The translations under genes were made by a program, and so were the position numbers. From NCBI GenBank assembly GCA_010093605.1, contig MU004188.1:1305673-1369672 (forward strand): 64,000 nt of DNA, given 5' to 3'. The DNA comes from Lophium mytilinum (taxonomy: Eukaryota). Shown here in pieces: positions 1-14,070 of the stretch. Each line of letters starts with the position of its first letter. The stretch's first letter is position 1. The notes under the pieces are model-generated. The model searched no databases. It had not been told where the DNA came from and worked only from the letters and a program-made list of their open reading frames with translations.

Positions 1-3000
1 TAGTCTTGAGTTCACCGACAGTGCTCTCTAGAGCAGTGACATTAGCCGCCGCGGTCGAGAGTTCCGCCCTGGCAGCCTCCAAGTCTTTAGAGGCTTGCTC
101 GTGTTGAGTCATGAGTGTCTTCCTACTTTCAACCAGGGATTCAAGGTGAGACTGGAGCCTGTCCGCATCTGTGTCCTCGTTCAATATCTTGGAGGCAGCC
201 GCTAGAAGGTTCGTCAGCGTTCCCTGAGCCTTCTCGAGCTCTGTCTGAATGACGAGTGTGCTGTCCTGGTGCTGGGACTGCGCCTTCACCAACTCCTCCT
301 TGAGCGCAGCAGTGGCGGCAGCATGCTCGCTCAATTGGGCTGCAAGCTTCTCATTGGACTCATTCTGAGCAGCGATTAGCTGGCTCGCATGAGATTCCTT
401 CATGGACTCAAGGCTTTGCTGGTTGATAGCCATAGCAGATTTGTGCTCCTCAAGCTGGTTCTCTAGGTTCGACACTAAAGACCGGTGTGTTCGCAATTCT
501 TTCTCGGTGAGTTCCCTTGAATTAGAGTCCTCCTCAACCTGCTTGATGATATTGGCGTGGGACAGCTCAAGTTCGGCAAGACGAGCGGCGTTGTTAGCAG
601 CCGTAGACTTGTGGTGATCGATCTCCTGTTGCAGGGTGGCCACAACTTCTTCATGCCGCGCTCCCGAATCTGCATTGGCGCTGTCAAGCCCTCTGGTCTG
701 CTCCTCCAATGCCGCGCTGTGAGCATGTATGTTACGCATCTCGGTCTCCAAGTTGCTAATAGTTTCTTGTAGGTCCCTTTCAGACTGCTTCATGGATTGC
801 ATGCTAGCGTCGTGCTTGGATTGCCACTTCTGAACCTCGTGCTGGAGTTCGATGATTTGCTTTTGATGGCTCTCGGCGTTGCCAGGTGCAAGTCCCAATT
901 CTCGGGATGCCTCTGGGGCAGGCGTCTCGACAAACTGGCCAGGCATCGGAGATGCAGGTTCTTCCGGCAAGTTGTGGGCACGCAAAGAAGACCTGAGGCT
1001 CTCAACTTGGTTCTGCAGTTCCTGTTCCCGGCTAGAGTGGCTTTCCTTGAGCGCCTCGATCTGACCCTCGCTTTGCAATAGCTGATCGCGCATGGAAGAC
1101 ACAACAGAGATATCTAGCGGTGACGACGCTTTCAGGCTTGACCGTTCCTTTTGAAGGCCACTGATGAACTTCATCTTGGTCTCCATCTCTTTGCGCACTG
1201 ATGCAACCTCGTTTTCTAGTGCTGTGACACGCTCTGAGCGTGAGTGTAGTTCCGTCATAATGGCGTTGAGGTTCACCTCGAAATTTTGGATAACGTCGGG
1301 CTGATTTTCGAAGTTGTCGAGGGCCAGATTACGAAGCGACGCAAACGAACGATTCGCCCGATCAGTAGCAACGACGTTCTGACTTGATTTGCGACGGATG
1401 ATCTGTACTGTGGGCGAAGACGGGCGAGCCATCTGGGCCTTCTGAACTTCCGATTTCAACTCCTCGACGTAGTCAAGGGTGTCTTGGTGTTTCTCGTGTA
1501 GCTCCTCGTAACTCCGGTTGAGCTCTGCAACACGTTGCTCTTCCTCTGCATGCAGTCTCTTCAACATCTCCATCTCCTGAGCCAGTGTGGCCTCGTTCTG
1601 CGCCTCCGAGTGGTCCTCAAAACCGGTGTTAGATTGTGCTGTCTCAGCATCAGATGTGTCGGCTGTATTGAATGAGTCGTCCTCCAAATTGGAGGCACCA
1701 GTAGACTCCCCAAGCAAGGACAATTCCGATGACAAGGTCCGCGAGGATGATGGTTGTCCGTCCGCTTCTTTTAGCCCGTTCACCCCCGCGTCCGCTAAAA
1801 AAGATGTTGGTCGAGATGACGCAGAGGAAGGCGTGCGATGGCGCGCTTCATCCACGGTATCCTGTAGAGCAGCCAATGTTCGCAGCGCTTCCTGGTACTT
1901 ATTGGCGAGCTTGTCGTAATCCACGACGGTGGTTTCGTGCTCCACGCGTAGATCGAAAAGCTCCTGGGTGACATTTTCAAGCTTGTCGGCCACATACTTC
2001 GATTGCGCAGGGCTTTGAGCTAGATCATGCCCCTCCACAGCTGCTAAGCCTGCGGTAGGTTTATGCTCCTGGTCCTCGGTTTGCTCCTCGTCGATATCAC
2101 GAGGTTCAGAAGCTCCTGCAGACGCTGGCCTCTCGAGATCCTCCTCTTCAATTGAGTCGACATGGCCATTGAGATGCCTACTGCTGCTCCCAGCGGAAGA
2201 CCTCTTCTCAAGAAATGGATCGCTATCTGTCTTCGAATGCCCGTTTATAAGTGATCCGGTGTCACCATTGGCGTCGGTTCGGCGGATGTCATCTAGCTCG
2301 TAGAGCAGGTTGTCGAGCTTCCCAATACTTCGCTGGCGTTCAACAACGTGTGTCAGGCGATCGATCTCTCTTTGCATCATCTCATGGTCCTGATCCGCCT
2401 CTGCGAGCCGCTCTTCGAGCGTAGAGATATACTCTTCACAGCTAGCCTCATTCTCTTTCGTCCGAGCCAGCTCTTTCCGGAGCTCTTGAATAACGGTACT
2501 GCTCTTCTCTTCACCAGATATCACACCATCTACTCTAGCCTCCAGGTCGCGCAGATATTGCTCGTTGTTAGCTTCACGGTCCGCCGATTTCTGGATTCTA
2601 GCCTGGAGCTGTTGGGTATGACTCTCTAGGTACGCGATCTTCGTCTCCTTCTCAAGCAATGAGCTCTCGTTGTTGGACAAAGAACTCCTGGTATTAGATA
2701 GGTTTGCCTCCAATGATTGGATAGTGCGTTCGTATTCCAGTACGACCTGCTCCACGGCTTCAGCAAACGAGCTGGACCGTTTCAGCCTCTCTAGCGCGCT
2801 GTCGCCAATGGTGTCCTTGAGTGTCGGTGTATCATCGGAGTTGCCGCCTTCGCGGACTTTCGAGATTTCGGAGATGAGTTTTGCGTGACGGTTACTAAGC
2901 TTCGAAAAGTTCTCTTGCATGTCTAGCAGCTGGTTCTGGAGATCGGCTTCGCGCTCGTTCTGCCGTTCGACCCTCTCTTGGGGAGCGTTCTTCTTCCTTT

Positions 3001-4667
3001 CTGTCCTCTCGGACAATCGGATCTGATCACGCAGAAATGATACCTCTGCCCGTAAACGCTCGATTGTTGCTTGTTTGTCACTGTCGTCGGAGGTCTGTTG
3101 GATTTGCGGCTTGCTTTGAATAGCTCTGGCTCGCTGCGCATATTGGACAGTGTTTAATGTTTCGCTGAGATGGAATTCCACGGGGTTCACACATGCCACC
3201 ATGTAGGTGATGGCGTTGCCTCCGAGAGAATCCTGAAGGAGCCGGGTGAGTCTCGAATCGCGGTATGAAACGTGTGATCCAGCTGCTCGTGATGACAGCT
3301 GCGAGATAACTTTCCCCAGACTGGCAAGACCAGCGTTGATTGAAATTCCTTCCTTCGCCCGGTCTCCAAGGGCCTGTGTGTTCTTCAGCCGTTCACTGCC
3401 TGCCAGATCGACGAAATGAAGCTTGCTGTCCACCGTGACCCAGTTCTCGTTATTACCAGACATAGCCTCGAGTGGGACGGAAAATCGCTTCTCGCGCGCG
3501 GAAGTGGGTGCGGTAGAGCTCTTCTTCTGGATAAGATTAAGGGAGAAAACCGCGTGCGAACGGGAGGATTTAGCGTTCACAGCCGTTGCGTCTGTCTGTC
3601 GGATGGAAGAGCCGAAGTTCAGTGCATTGAGCAAGTCCTCGACCGAGTTGATGGAGATTTGAGTGAGTCCTGTCAGAAGAATCCTGCCTTTGGTATCCTC
3701 TCGTATGGACACTGTGGTGCGCTCGTGCATAGGAACATGTTCGGGGACTAGAAGATCTCGTAGCTGCTCATTGTATATCTATTACAGATTAGCTGTGCCG
3801 TGTGAGTTGGCTGGACGATATTACTTCAACATAGGTCGCCTTCATCTGCCAGCTCTTGTCTGCAGGCTTTGAGAGATTGGAGGCGGCTGGAAGGCCAATT
3901 GTAGAATACCTAGAGGGAGCACGAAGCCCTGTCCCGGCTTTACGCCCAGCCGGTGTGCCTGTGAGTTTCTCAAACAGTAAATCCGCAGCTCGAGGAATCA
4001 CACCTAAAACGTCGTTAGCGAACATTCTCGACCATGGCGTGGTGCTGCGCAGAGGCTACGGAAGTCCAGAATAGAGGCCGGGAAAGGGAGCCGAAGAGGA
4101 TCGAAATGGGTCATACCCATGATTTTGGGATCGGCTTGCTCGCTAGGTCCGGTAGTGCCCATGGTGTAGGACTTCCCAGCACCTGATTGACCGTAGGCCA
4201 GGATGGAGACATTGTAGCCTTGCACGAAGGAGTTCACGCTCTCGCAGAGATACTCCCAGACGCCTTCCTGGTCGGTGTCTTCGCTGAAGACGCGATCAAA
4301 CACAAACAACTTCTTGCCCTGGGCGGAGTCGATGGTGAGGTTGGTCTCGGTGGCGGTCGTACATGTCGAAGCGCGAAATCGCTGGGGCACGAGCTCGTAG
4401 CCTGGATCTGAGGGTTTGAGTGGAGGGCGGACGCGGACAGCTGCATTAGACGTCAGTTGGTGATGGCCGTCGCGGGGAAGAGTGCATATGTATGCGCGCC
4501 AACCTACCGACTTTGACTGCAGTTTTGCCGTCCTCGTCAGACGCGCGACTGCCGCTGCCGTGCTTGCTGCTCATGCTCATGCGACTGGAGCTGCGATTTG
4601 GGCGGATCATGGCAGACATGGGGCGCTGGATCCCGCCAGCTGGAGACCCGGGAGGTGAGGATGCCAT
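1..4667 (-). CDS. Kinesin motor protein (kinesin-4/KIF4-KIF21-like) with long coiled-coil tail; 3' end runs off the window
   Basis: Spliced motor motifs KVAVRVRPP, P-loop AYGQSGAGKSYTMG, YVEIYNEQLRDLL, NAKSSRSHAVF, FVDLAGSER, HVSYRDSRLTRLLQDSLGGN. GT-AG introns at 4441-4507, 4004-4116 and 3779-3824. The last exon continues as coiled-coil sequence to position 1. Confidence 0.95.
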
Positions 4668-7600
4668 CTGGGCGGGCAGGCGGCCGCTCTTGGGCGGTGG
4701 AGGGGCGTGCGCAGTGGTCCCTTGGGTGGTCAGGTTAAGCAGGTGGGTGCAGTGGATGAATTGCCGGGTCGCAGGTCGGTGGGTGGGGAGAGGTGTGGCT
4801 GGGCATGCGAAATGGTTGGTGAACGACGCGCAACGTGGACGTAGTCGTGGACGTTGGCCGGGGGACTTTAGGCGGGAGAGCAGCCGGACCGTGGCAACAC
4901 TGCGCAGAGAGAGGGAGGGAAGATTGATGTAAGTAGTAGGAGTGTAGATAGCCAGAGGGCGAGGATGTTTTTTTGCGAGCGATGGGCGCGCGCAGGCACC
5001 GTTGCGGAGGAGGGTTAGTTTGCAGGCTGCTCGGGGGGCTAACTAGTTCCAGGGGTAATTCGAGGTGATAGGAGAGAAAGGCAGGGAAAGCCAGGACTCT
5101 GGCGGCGTGGACGCGGAAGAGCCCGCCAAGCATGGGTGGACGGACGGTGGTGGAGCGGCTAGACTACCTAGGTACGCAAGATGCTGGAGATGCTTGTGCC
5201 CCTGCGCCGGCAAGTCAAGAGGTTGGCGTCGAGGGCGTGATCGCGACGCGTTGTGTTGTTTTGCTGAGATAATGTGCAGTCCCTACACAGTACTGCTGCC
5301 AGACATTCACCCTCGGCGTGTTCGCAGCGTCATGCCTCGTCGACGGTGAGCATTTTCCTGCTGTGCCCACACACGGCGGCCGAGTCCATTCCCGATGCCC
5401 TCGCCGGCCCATCACACGCCGGGGAGATTGGCAGACGAGACATCACATCGCAGCTCGTCCGCCCTGTGCCCTTCGCCGCCGTCACGCTGCCGCCTCATTC
5501 ACGCACAACTCTGCTCCACTGACGGAGCCGTACATAACTGCACTGTGCCGATCTGCTGCTGAGGAAGTTGGTCCCGCATTTCACCTGGATAGCACCGCTT
5601 TCTCATGCAGCTTACACACGCACCCTGGCATCGTGGGCGTCTTCTTTTGGCAATGGAAAGCCTCCAACTCCCACTCCGTCGTCTGCTCCGGCGCTGTTTG
5701 ACCATCTCGGAGAGACCCTCCGCCCAGAGCGTCGAGAGCAGCATGGCGAACGCAACCTCACGAGTCGCTCTATCGCGCCCTGAATCGCGCCAACTCCCAC
5801 GATGGCTCGCGTGACAGCTTGTCCGATCCGCCTATCCCGCTGCGGCTTAGAGGCGTGTTTCATCAACGGCCATCCCAGCCTTCAAACCTCGAGCCGACCG
5901 CGAACTGAAGCTCCCTGCTCCTGCGCCAGCCTCCGAGGCCCACAGACTTCCTGCGGCTGCCCCTGGTGTTGGCATCTGATGATGGTGCTGCTGCTGCTGC
6001 GAGACGTCGGCGGCCTGTCCGTGAGTATGTCTGGTTTTGGGCCTCTGTATGGCACACAATCCAGCTCGAGCGGTCCGGCTTCAGCTACCCTGTCCCAGAC
6101 ACTCGCCGTCGAAACACTGCCGAATGCTCCAGCGCACCGTTGTAGGGAGATCTGCCCTCTCGCGTGGCTGATGGCCAGCTAGCCAGCCCCAGCCATCAGC
6201 CAGAGACCCCTTTTCTTACCCAAACCTGGGACCAACCGCCTGCTCCTTTGCCGCAGGGCGTGCGCCACTTCGAATATTTGGACCAAACCTAGACTCGCCT
6301 TCAGGTGCTGTTTTGCAGAGCCTAAAGAGTGCTAGAGAACGCCCATCGTACGATAGGCGGCTCGTCAAAGTGCCACAGTGCCACTTCGTAGCCATCACAA
6401 CGCCAACCGCCAGGCCAAATCCAGCTGTTTATCCAGGCGAGACGTCGGCATCAACCTCACGACTCACTCTTGACACAGAGTCCGGGGTATATAGAGTCTG
6501 TCCGATGTCGATCTTGTCGTGCAATCGCTATTCTTGGCTTGTCAAGCATGTCGTATTACTCATTTTCACCATCTGCATGCCATGCGTTGAAGTTGCACAG
6601 CGGTTACTCCTCGACTGTTGCCAGATAACGCACTTCTGACACGCTCTTACATATCCACATTTCAAAAGCAATGCGAATACTCCTCCTCCGCCCGTGCCGA
6701 ACACAAACCCCAGCATTCACACGCCTCAACCGCTGCAGAGCACAGGAGGTAATGCGGCCAGAGAGCCGTGCGAAGCGCACAGTACTTGTTGCCGCGATTT
6801 CCCTCTGTCTTTCCAGGGTTCCCTGGCTGAAGCACCGTGATCCTGCTTCAACGCTCTCAAAGCGTCAAATCCTTCAAAAACAACTTTCGCGCTGCGGAAC
6901 CTGTTGGCGCTTTCCTTTCCATTCAGCCCCATAAGTCCTCTCGTATTACCTCATCGGTGTACCCAATCATCCGAACTACTCTCAGTTGCCGTCAAAAAGC
7001 AGGTCCAGCGCGTCAAGTACCGCTATCGGGACATTTTTTCGTTTTGGAGCCCTTGTCAAGCACGTTTCGCCTTTCAAATGATCACCACTGGGGCTGTCCG
7101 AACGATCGGACGGTCCGCAAACCGGCGACTTCTTGCGAACCCGATCAAACTCGTATCGCCGCAACAAGGTCTATCCTAGCATTATTTGGCAAGGCTTCTG
7201 GTACCATGCCCCGATTCATTAACTAAAATTCTGAGTATCCTTATTCAACTTACTTCATTACGCACCGGAAGGTAACGATAGTGCTACTTCATAGTATAGG
7301 TTCCCAGTCTATAAGTCTTGACTCAAAAGTCAAAAGGTGGGGCCGAGACAAGAAGCTGCTTTGGTCAGCAAAAGTGACTTTATACCCTTGCTCTATTTCA
7401 GTCTCAATCAAGTCACATGGCTTCTAACAGCCTTGATCAGACTGTTATTCTGCATTCGACTTATCACATCACCTCGCTTACGAAGTATGCTGTATCTCAA
7501 TCGCTACCCAGACAACCTCAGAGTGACAAATATTTAGGTGTAGGCCCGTTATTCTAGAGCCACGTCACTCCGCTCGGTGAAGTGATTCACGCTCAGATGG

Positions 7601-8311
7601 TGCACCTCAATCCATCCGGGCTCATCCCTCCTAGTACCCTTCACTGCAGGACCTCCCCAGTCCCGTCACCTACCAACATCACCAGGCCCAAAAATCTCTC
7701 CGTCTGACATTAACATCATTTCATATTCAACATGCCTTCTTTGCACTGTCCTATCATCTTTCAATTTCCTCTGCCTTCCGAACGTGATCTGGGTGTACGC
7801 CATATCAAAGGCCGAACCCTGCTCGACAACGTCAGGACCCTGCTTCGGATCCCTACAGCCCTATATCAGCATTATGATATCGACCAGGCACCGGCAACCC
7901 ACCCAGCAGTTGCGATAATCGATATCCGCCAGCGGCGCAATTTCATGCAGCGGAAGCACAACTTGCGGGGGCTGCACGAGTGTGCGTGCGACAGGGGTTA
8001 TATAGTCACGCAGTAGCGGAGTGGGTTGCGGGTGGAGAGTATGCGTCCCGCCATCATCTTGCATATGCCCAGGTCAAACCTTATATCATTTTTTGACAAA
8101 AGGATCCACTCCGACTTCAACTTAAACCTTCCTCCGACCTTTCACAATTACTCCGTCTTACAAGTAGACCCATCCCTTTTACTTACGTTATTTGTCCGCA
8201 ACACCCCAAAGCCCCCTTTGTACGAAACTACCCAAAGACCCTGGTTCCGGGGTAATAGAACAAGCTTTAAGCCTCTGACGATGCGTGGCTCGGAAGCTGG
8301 CCGTGGCGATA

Positions 8312-8538
8312 CAGCCTCTGTGTGCGTCCGATGAACTAGCGCGGATATCAAGCCACGAAAGTCAGCTGCGAAATTGGCTTAATCTGCAAAGTAACGCCTC
8401 GCGGTACCATGCTTTTGGCACATTCAGGTTCAACCTCGGTAAGGTTTGGTCCAGAAACGGGCTTCCTCCGTTCTAAACCCATCTAGCCTGCCTGTGGCGT
8501 CAATTCCGCGCTAGTTCACCGGACGCACACAGAGGCTG
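8312..8538. mobile_element. Non-autonomous Tc1/mariner-type MITE (227 bp)
   Basis: 34-bp TIRs CAGCCTCTGTGTGCGTCCG(A/G)TGAACTAGCGCGGA at 8312-8345 and 8505-8538 (1 mismatch). Flanked by TA at 8310-8311 and 8539-8540. No transposase ORF. Confidence 0.85.
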
Positions 8539-9475
8539 TATTGCGACACTCCCTGGATTTCAGGACTACAGGGGCGATTCGCCACGTGGCAGAATAGTCT
8601 GACTGGGTCCGAGTCAGGGTTCTCCGGATTATACGTGATAGATAGAGGGATAGTGCGCAGTAGGAAAAGAGGCGGAGGCTAGTGGTCTATGCATCCTGAG
8701 CAATCAGATTGTTCGGAGTTGTTCGGGCCTCTGATGATATCAAGAGGATGTCTCCCCGACTTTTTCCTTCCGTTTTCGGTTTTTGAGTTTGTTCTCGCTG
8801 CAGGTTGGCCTTGTGCAGAGTCAAAGATGATGTTATGCGCAGGAACGAGCATTCTTGTTACGTGGGCTGAGCTGTTGAAGTCTACACGTAGATACACCTT
8901 TGGCACGCACTCGGGAATCCGTCTCACGGAGCCAGATCTCCGTTTCACGTGCTTTGCGGTCGATGTAGTGCATGTAAAAGGTTACTAGACTTGCGAGCTC
9001 TTCTCTGCGACATCTTTCTATTGGTGCATAGAGCATCAACCCGTAGTGTCAACATCGGCCGGGTGGCAGGCTCGGTGTCACAAAAAGTGGCAGTCCTCCA
9101 TACTATAATTGGCTTAAGCGAACTGCCAGTTTTTGTGACACCGAGCCTGGGTGGTGTCGAAGTTGGCGGAGAGCGACAGCAAGGATAATTAGTCATCTTG
9201 CTGATCTGAATCAGACAGACCGTATTGAAGAGTTGTTCCAAGGTTCTAAATGCGATACGCTGGTCTAAGCCACACCCGCGCCCCAATGGTCTGCCTTACA
9301 CCATCCAAGCCTCGCAGTTTGCCTCCAGCTATAACACCACTCGTAGTCTGAACATACTAATTGATCACGTAGTGCAAATAATGCTTACCTTCTGTCTCTC
9401 CTAAAACTCATCAATGCAAGAGTGTCTCGATGATCCTGCGATACCTTCATTTCCTCATTCTCTTCTATCTCAAAC

Positions 9476-10747
9476 ATGGGTCTCTTTAGTTCATCAAAAT
9501 CAGACCAGCCGCAGACTCCACTCCCGTCTCTCGAGCTCCGTCTCGCTCACTCCAAAGACACGGTCATCAAGCCCGGTAATACTATCACAGGAGAAGTGAC
9601 ACTATCAACCACAGTGCCCATCACCCCGCAGAGCATCGAAGTGGCTTTCTGGGGCCAAAGCCAGACATGGATCCGAACATCAAGCACCAGCAACAACTCC
9701 ACTACCTACTACCACTTCCGAGATGACGCTCCCCTCTTCAGAGTCACAAGCAATGTCCTCCCAAAGGCCGACGGCGGAGCTCTCCTCCCCGGCCAGCCCT
9801 ACACCATGCCCTTCACCTTCACAACACCCATGGGCACCGGCTTCCACCGCGCAAACATCTACAAACACCCCGAAGACGCCGTCTTCACCACCGGCCCGCA
9901 CGACCTCCCCCCAACCTTCTTCCACGGCCGCAACGGCCCAGACCGCCCGGACCACTGCTCCATCTCCTACGGCGTAACCGCCACTCTCACATCCCCCTCC
10001 CTCCCCTTCGGCAGCCCCTCCTGCACCGCCCCCGTCCTCTTCGCGCCCCTGAACCCTTACACCCACATCTCCCACCCCACCCGCCACCGCTACGCCAAAA
10101 CCCTCGCCCTCTCCAGCTCCATCCTCGCCGGCGGCGGTGGGCGGGACGTCGGCTTCCGCCAGTCCCTCCGCGACAAACTCTCCTCGCAAACCCCAAAACT
10201 CGACTTCTCGCTCGCCGTCGAGCTGCCCGACCTCCTGCGCGCCGGCGCCGAGTTCCGCTTCCGCGGCGTCTTCACCGTGCTCGCATCGACGGAGAACGTG
10301 GTTCGTGTGCCTGAGCTCGTGTTGAAGGTGCTGCGGCTGGAGTTGCTGGACTTCACGCTGTTCCGTGCGCCGCGCGACTGGAAGGCGGCGAATACTATGT
10401 CCGGGGGGGCGAGCAAGTGGCGGGATGGGACGCCGCGGTCGGGGTTTAGGACGGAGCAGAGTGGGTATGGGGAGGGGAAGACGATGTTGAATGCGGTGCC
10501 GGAGATGGAGAAGGTGGAGTTGGGGGAGGTGGAGGTGGGGGTGGAGAAGGGGGGTAAGAGGGTAGAGCAGGGGGCGGAGTGTGAGGCGTGGTTTACCGGG
10601 CGGGTGCCGGGGTACACGGCGCCGAGTTTTCAGAGCTTTGCGGTGACGAGGACGTATCGGCTCAAGGTGAAGATGGGGGTGCAGGTTGGGGGGAAGAGTT
10701 TTGATTTTGGGGTTGAGGGGGGCGAGGTGGTTATGGGGAGTGCGTGA
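9476..10747 (+). CDS. Arrestin-like (arrestin N-terminal domain) protein
   Basis: 423-aa single-exon ORF with a beta-rich arrestin-N pattern: PGNTITGEVTL...IEVAFWGQSQTWI...YTMPFTFT...LPPTF...ISYGVTATL; C-terminal PSFQSFAVTRTYRLKV. Confidence 0.75.
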   Translation: MGLFSSSKSDQPQTPLPSLELRLAHSKDTVIKPGNTITGEVTLSTTVPITPQSIEVAFWGQSQTWIRTSSTSNNSTTYYHFRDDAPLFRVTSNVLPKADGGALLPGQPYTMPFTFTTPMGTGFHRANIYKHPEDAVFTTGPHDLPPTFFHGRNGPDRPDHCSISYGVTATLTSPSLPFGSPSCTAPVLFAPLNPYTHISHPTRHRYAKTLALSSSILAGGGGRDVGFRQSLRDKLSSQTPKLDFSLAVELPDLLRAGAEFRFRGVFTVLASTENVVRVPELVLKVLRLELLDFTLFRAPRDWKAANTMSGGASKWRDGTPRSGFRTEQSGYGEGKTMLNAVPEMEKVELGEVEVGVEKGGKRVEQGAECEAWFTGRVPGYTAPSFQSFAVTRTYRLKVKMGVQVGGKSFDFGVEGGEVVMGSA

Positions 10748-11074
10748 TGGGCGGAGCAGCGCTTTATAAATATGTATTTTTACCTGTGTAGAATGCAGAG
10801 AGAGCACTAGGGAAGTCGTTTGCTAGCACATGTCATTGCGGGTTACAGTTTGTCAGAGAATTTTCGTTGATCTTTTAGAGATTTGCATGTATCCGCTTGA
10901 CAAGCCTGGCATCTTGGTGAGTTGCCCCAGGCGGTGGTAGCGACATGTATATAGAATAGACCTATGACCCATTACTCTGCGATTTTAGAACACATTCAAG
11001 CGCCACAAGCGGCGTCTGAAACATTCAAGGAAACGACCAGGATACTTACCTTACTTCTCTTACGAATCAACCTC

Positions 11075-13158
11075 TCAAATTTTTCCTCGGTTGAGAAGCT
11101 TGATCGGCAAATCTACATGTCTCGACCTCAGAAACTCGGCCACATTCTTCCCCAAGAAGTCGTAGGAGCTCGTACTGCTAACACCACGATCCAGATGATC
11201 ATGTAGCAGAAAATGCACCGCATTAGCCTTCGGCAACTCAAAGCGGTCCTACCGCACGTAAGCAAGTCGATCCCACTTATCCACCACTTCACAGAAACCC
11301 AACTCTCGGAGCTCACTCACAATATCTTTCCCATTATACTCCTCTCCAAGCAACCCCTTAACCGCCTCCACACTCAACAGTGTCCTCAACCAATCCCACT
11401 CATCGCGAAACCTTACCCAGAACCCAACATTAGCATCGCTTCCCTTATCTCCACTCCTCGCATGCACAACCCACCCCAACGGCCCCTTAACAGTCCGTCC
11501 AAACCCCCCAAGCCGCACGCCATTCTCCGTCACCGCGCAGCTCGGCTGCTGCCGCGGCCACACCCTCGTCTCCCGCGGCGGGTCCACCTTCAAACTCCTT
11601 CCATCCCCCGAATGTAGGCGATGCTCAACCGCCGCCTGCGGCAACAGCGTCACATAGTACTCGTAAAACGCCTTCGGCATCCCGAGGCGGTAGTCCAGAT
11701 GCGGCGTCGCGCCCGGGTAGCCCTGCATGATGACATCGAAACACGGGCGGAAGAAGCGCTTCGGGCTCAGGTCTTCCTCGCACGGTGCTTGAGCAAAGAC
11801 GCGGAAGTCGACGGTGGCGGCGGGCTGGTCGGTGGCGTTTTCGGCGGCGGTGCCGTTGAGTGTGAAGGTGAGTTTGGTGAAGCGGGAGCGGTGGGGCGCG
11901 AGTAGGGTGAGTATTTGCGATTGGAGCATGCGGGCTTTGGGGAGGATGTCGAGGCCGGTGAGGAACCAGTGCATTTCGGCTTGGTAGCCGCCTGGGGGGT
12001 GTTAGGAGGGTTAAGTGACAAGGGAGAGTGAGGGATGAAAAGAGTGACGTTGACCTTTTGCGGTTATGCCCACCTTTGTTGTTAGGGGTGGAAGGCCTGA
12101 CCTGACTCCTCTTAAAGCTACTCGATTTACAGACAGCTGCTCGAAATGAACGTCGTCGAGAATGGCGGTTACATCAGAGTTGAAGTACCATGGCCCCTGG
12201 ATCTCGTACAACAGCTGTGACGTGCATGTATGTACCGAGACCTCTCCTCCTGAGCCTTTGTTCTTGGTTATCACGACAGCTCCGGAGGCTGATATCTCGG
12301 CGATTGGGTACCCGATGTCCTCCCAACCTTTGCTCTCCAGGGCTTTGAATCCTGTGAAGTTTCCGCCGCAGACGTAGCTGGAGCACTCTATCAGATGCCC
12401 AGCGACGAATGCGTTAGCCAGAAAATCAAGATCAGATCTCTGCCACCTATGCCACCAATACGCCGCTCCTATCACCGGTGAGGCATCCGAGACACGCCCG
12501 CAGATTACTATATCAGCGCCTCTCGCAAAGGCGGCGGCGATACCCAGGCCGCCGAGGTACGCCTGGGCATACAGCGGTTCAAACTTCCATTCCTCTAGCA
12601 CCTCGCCGGTGCAAATGTTCTCGAATGGAGACTCTTTCCGAGCTTTCGCGTCCAAAATCGCTGGAAGGACTTCGTCGCCAGAGATCCACGCAACGCTCAA
12701 GTGCAAATTCTTAGACCTTACCATCTTCACGACTACAGAGTGGAGAAGCTGCGTATCTGAAGCGCCGGCGTTGACGGCAACTTTGATCTTGTGCTTGGCT
12801 ATGTCTAGAAGTGCTGGCTCTAGGGACTTCAGGAAGGTGGGCTCGTATGCGGGCATGGCTGGTAGTCATATCAGCGTCTTGGGAAGCTCTTGGATGGCGT
12901 CTTTGGCTAGAGTCAATGAATACCCTCGGCTTTCAGCGCAGCGCGCCCGGTCATGTTCCCTTCTGACATCCAATCCCCGATGATCACGTCGATGGGGTCG
13001 TGGGCGCAATTGGCGGCGAGCATCGCCATGGCGTGGCGGCGGTCGCTGGCTGAGCCGGAGCAGCCTATTGGCTTGGTCAGTTCATGGCCATCAATAGTAT
13101 ATGGGTAGATGAGGTTGAAGATACCAGCTATCCTTATGGGCCTATTTGATGGAGCCAT
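11075..13158 (-). CDS. DUF1446 / acyclic terpene utilization AtuA-family protein
   Basis: Spliced ORF starting MAPSNRPIRIAGCSGSASDR, with motifs GDWMSE, AYLGGLGI, GADIVICGRVSDA, AGHLIECS, QLLYEIQGPWYFNSDV, ARSGDKGSDANVG; ends HFLLHDHLDRG...NRGKI* (TGA 11075-11077). Four introns. Confidence 0.92.
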
Positions 13159-14070
13159 GTGAGGCATCGTCCGAGCGGAACTTCAATTTTTTTTTTATAT
13201 TCGGTATCGAGCATTGTTAGCCCTTCTAGAGGGCTGTCGAACCAAAGGTTTTCCATGGTCTTATTGATTAAGGCGGAAACAATTGAGGCCGAGGTATCTA
13301 TGTTGGAGGAGAGTTGTGGTGTACGATTCGTAAAGGAGAATAGCGCCGTGAAGCGGGACGAGTGCGGGGTTGCTCAGGGGTAGCTTTATATCTCTCGTAC
13401 TTTCGTGCTTCTGGTTTTTACATAGCTAATATGGATGATTGAGATATCAAAATCCAAGGCGGATTCCCCGATTCTGTAGTATGACCAAGAGATAGGTTCA
13501 TTTTGCTCCAAAATGGTAGGCAGAACCTCGGATGCCATACTGTCAAGCTTCTCAGGAACATCTGGGCTTCGTTGAACGTAAGCTCCAACACCGTCTCAGG
13601 TAGCCCGAAGCGTAATAACAGGTGTGTTAGATTCGTCGGTTTCCTATTCGCAACGAGAGGGCCTCAAGCGGCGCCAGGCAAGTATACATAACCCAAATTT
13701 GGGGGTGTCTTTAAAGTACTGGAAAGGGTGAAAATATATTCTAACACAGAGGCGCAAATTGCCGCCTTTTGTTCAACGAATCCTGTCTGCAACGATTACC
13801 GAGAGCAGAGCGATTACCGGAGATGGGCCTAATCGAACCCTATCACCGCATCGCTACTTTTTTCAACTTCATCGAATGATGGCGGCTAACTTATCCCTGG
13901 CGTCGATCAAACCTGCACCGGATGCACGAGTCAGCAGATTCTTCTGCTCCACAAACGAGGACCCTCTTCCTTGAACCCTGCATCTTCTCATCGTTTCCTC
14001 GAATTTTTCGATCTCAGTCCAATCTATACAAGAAAGAAGAGCTTGGGTCGAACTTAAGTCTTTGAAGCGA

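Noticed and set aside
7732..9290. Short ORFs flanking the MITE (7732-8016, 8679-8948, 8945-9286)
   Set aside because: No family motifs or coherent exon structure.
9680..10807. 375-aa antisense ORF over the arrestin gene (similarly 24290-25240, 53428-54531, 47573-48616, 39980-40726)
   Set aside because: Shadow ORFs caused by high GC and skewed codon use on or over real genes; low-complexity translations.
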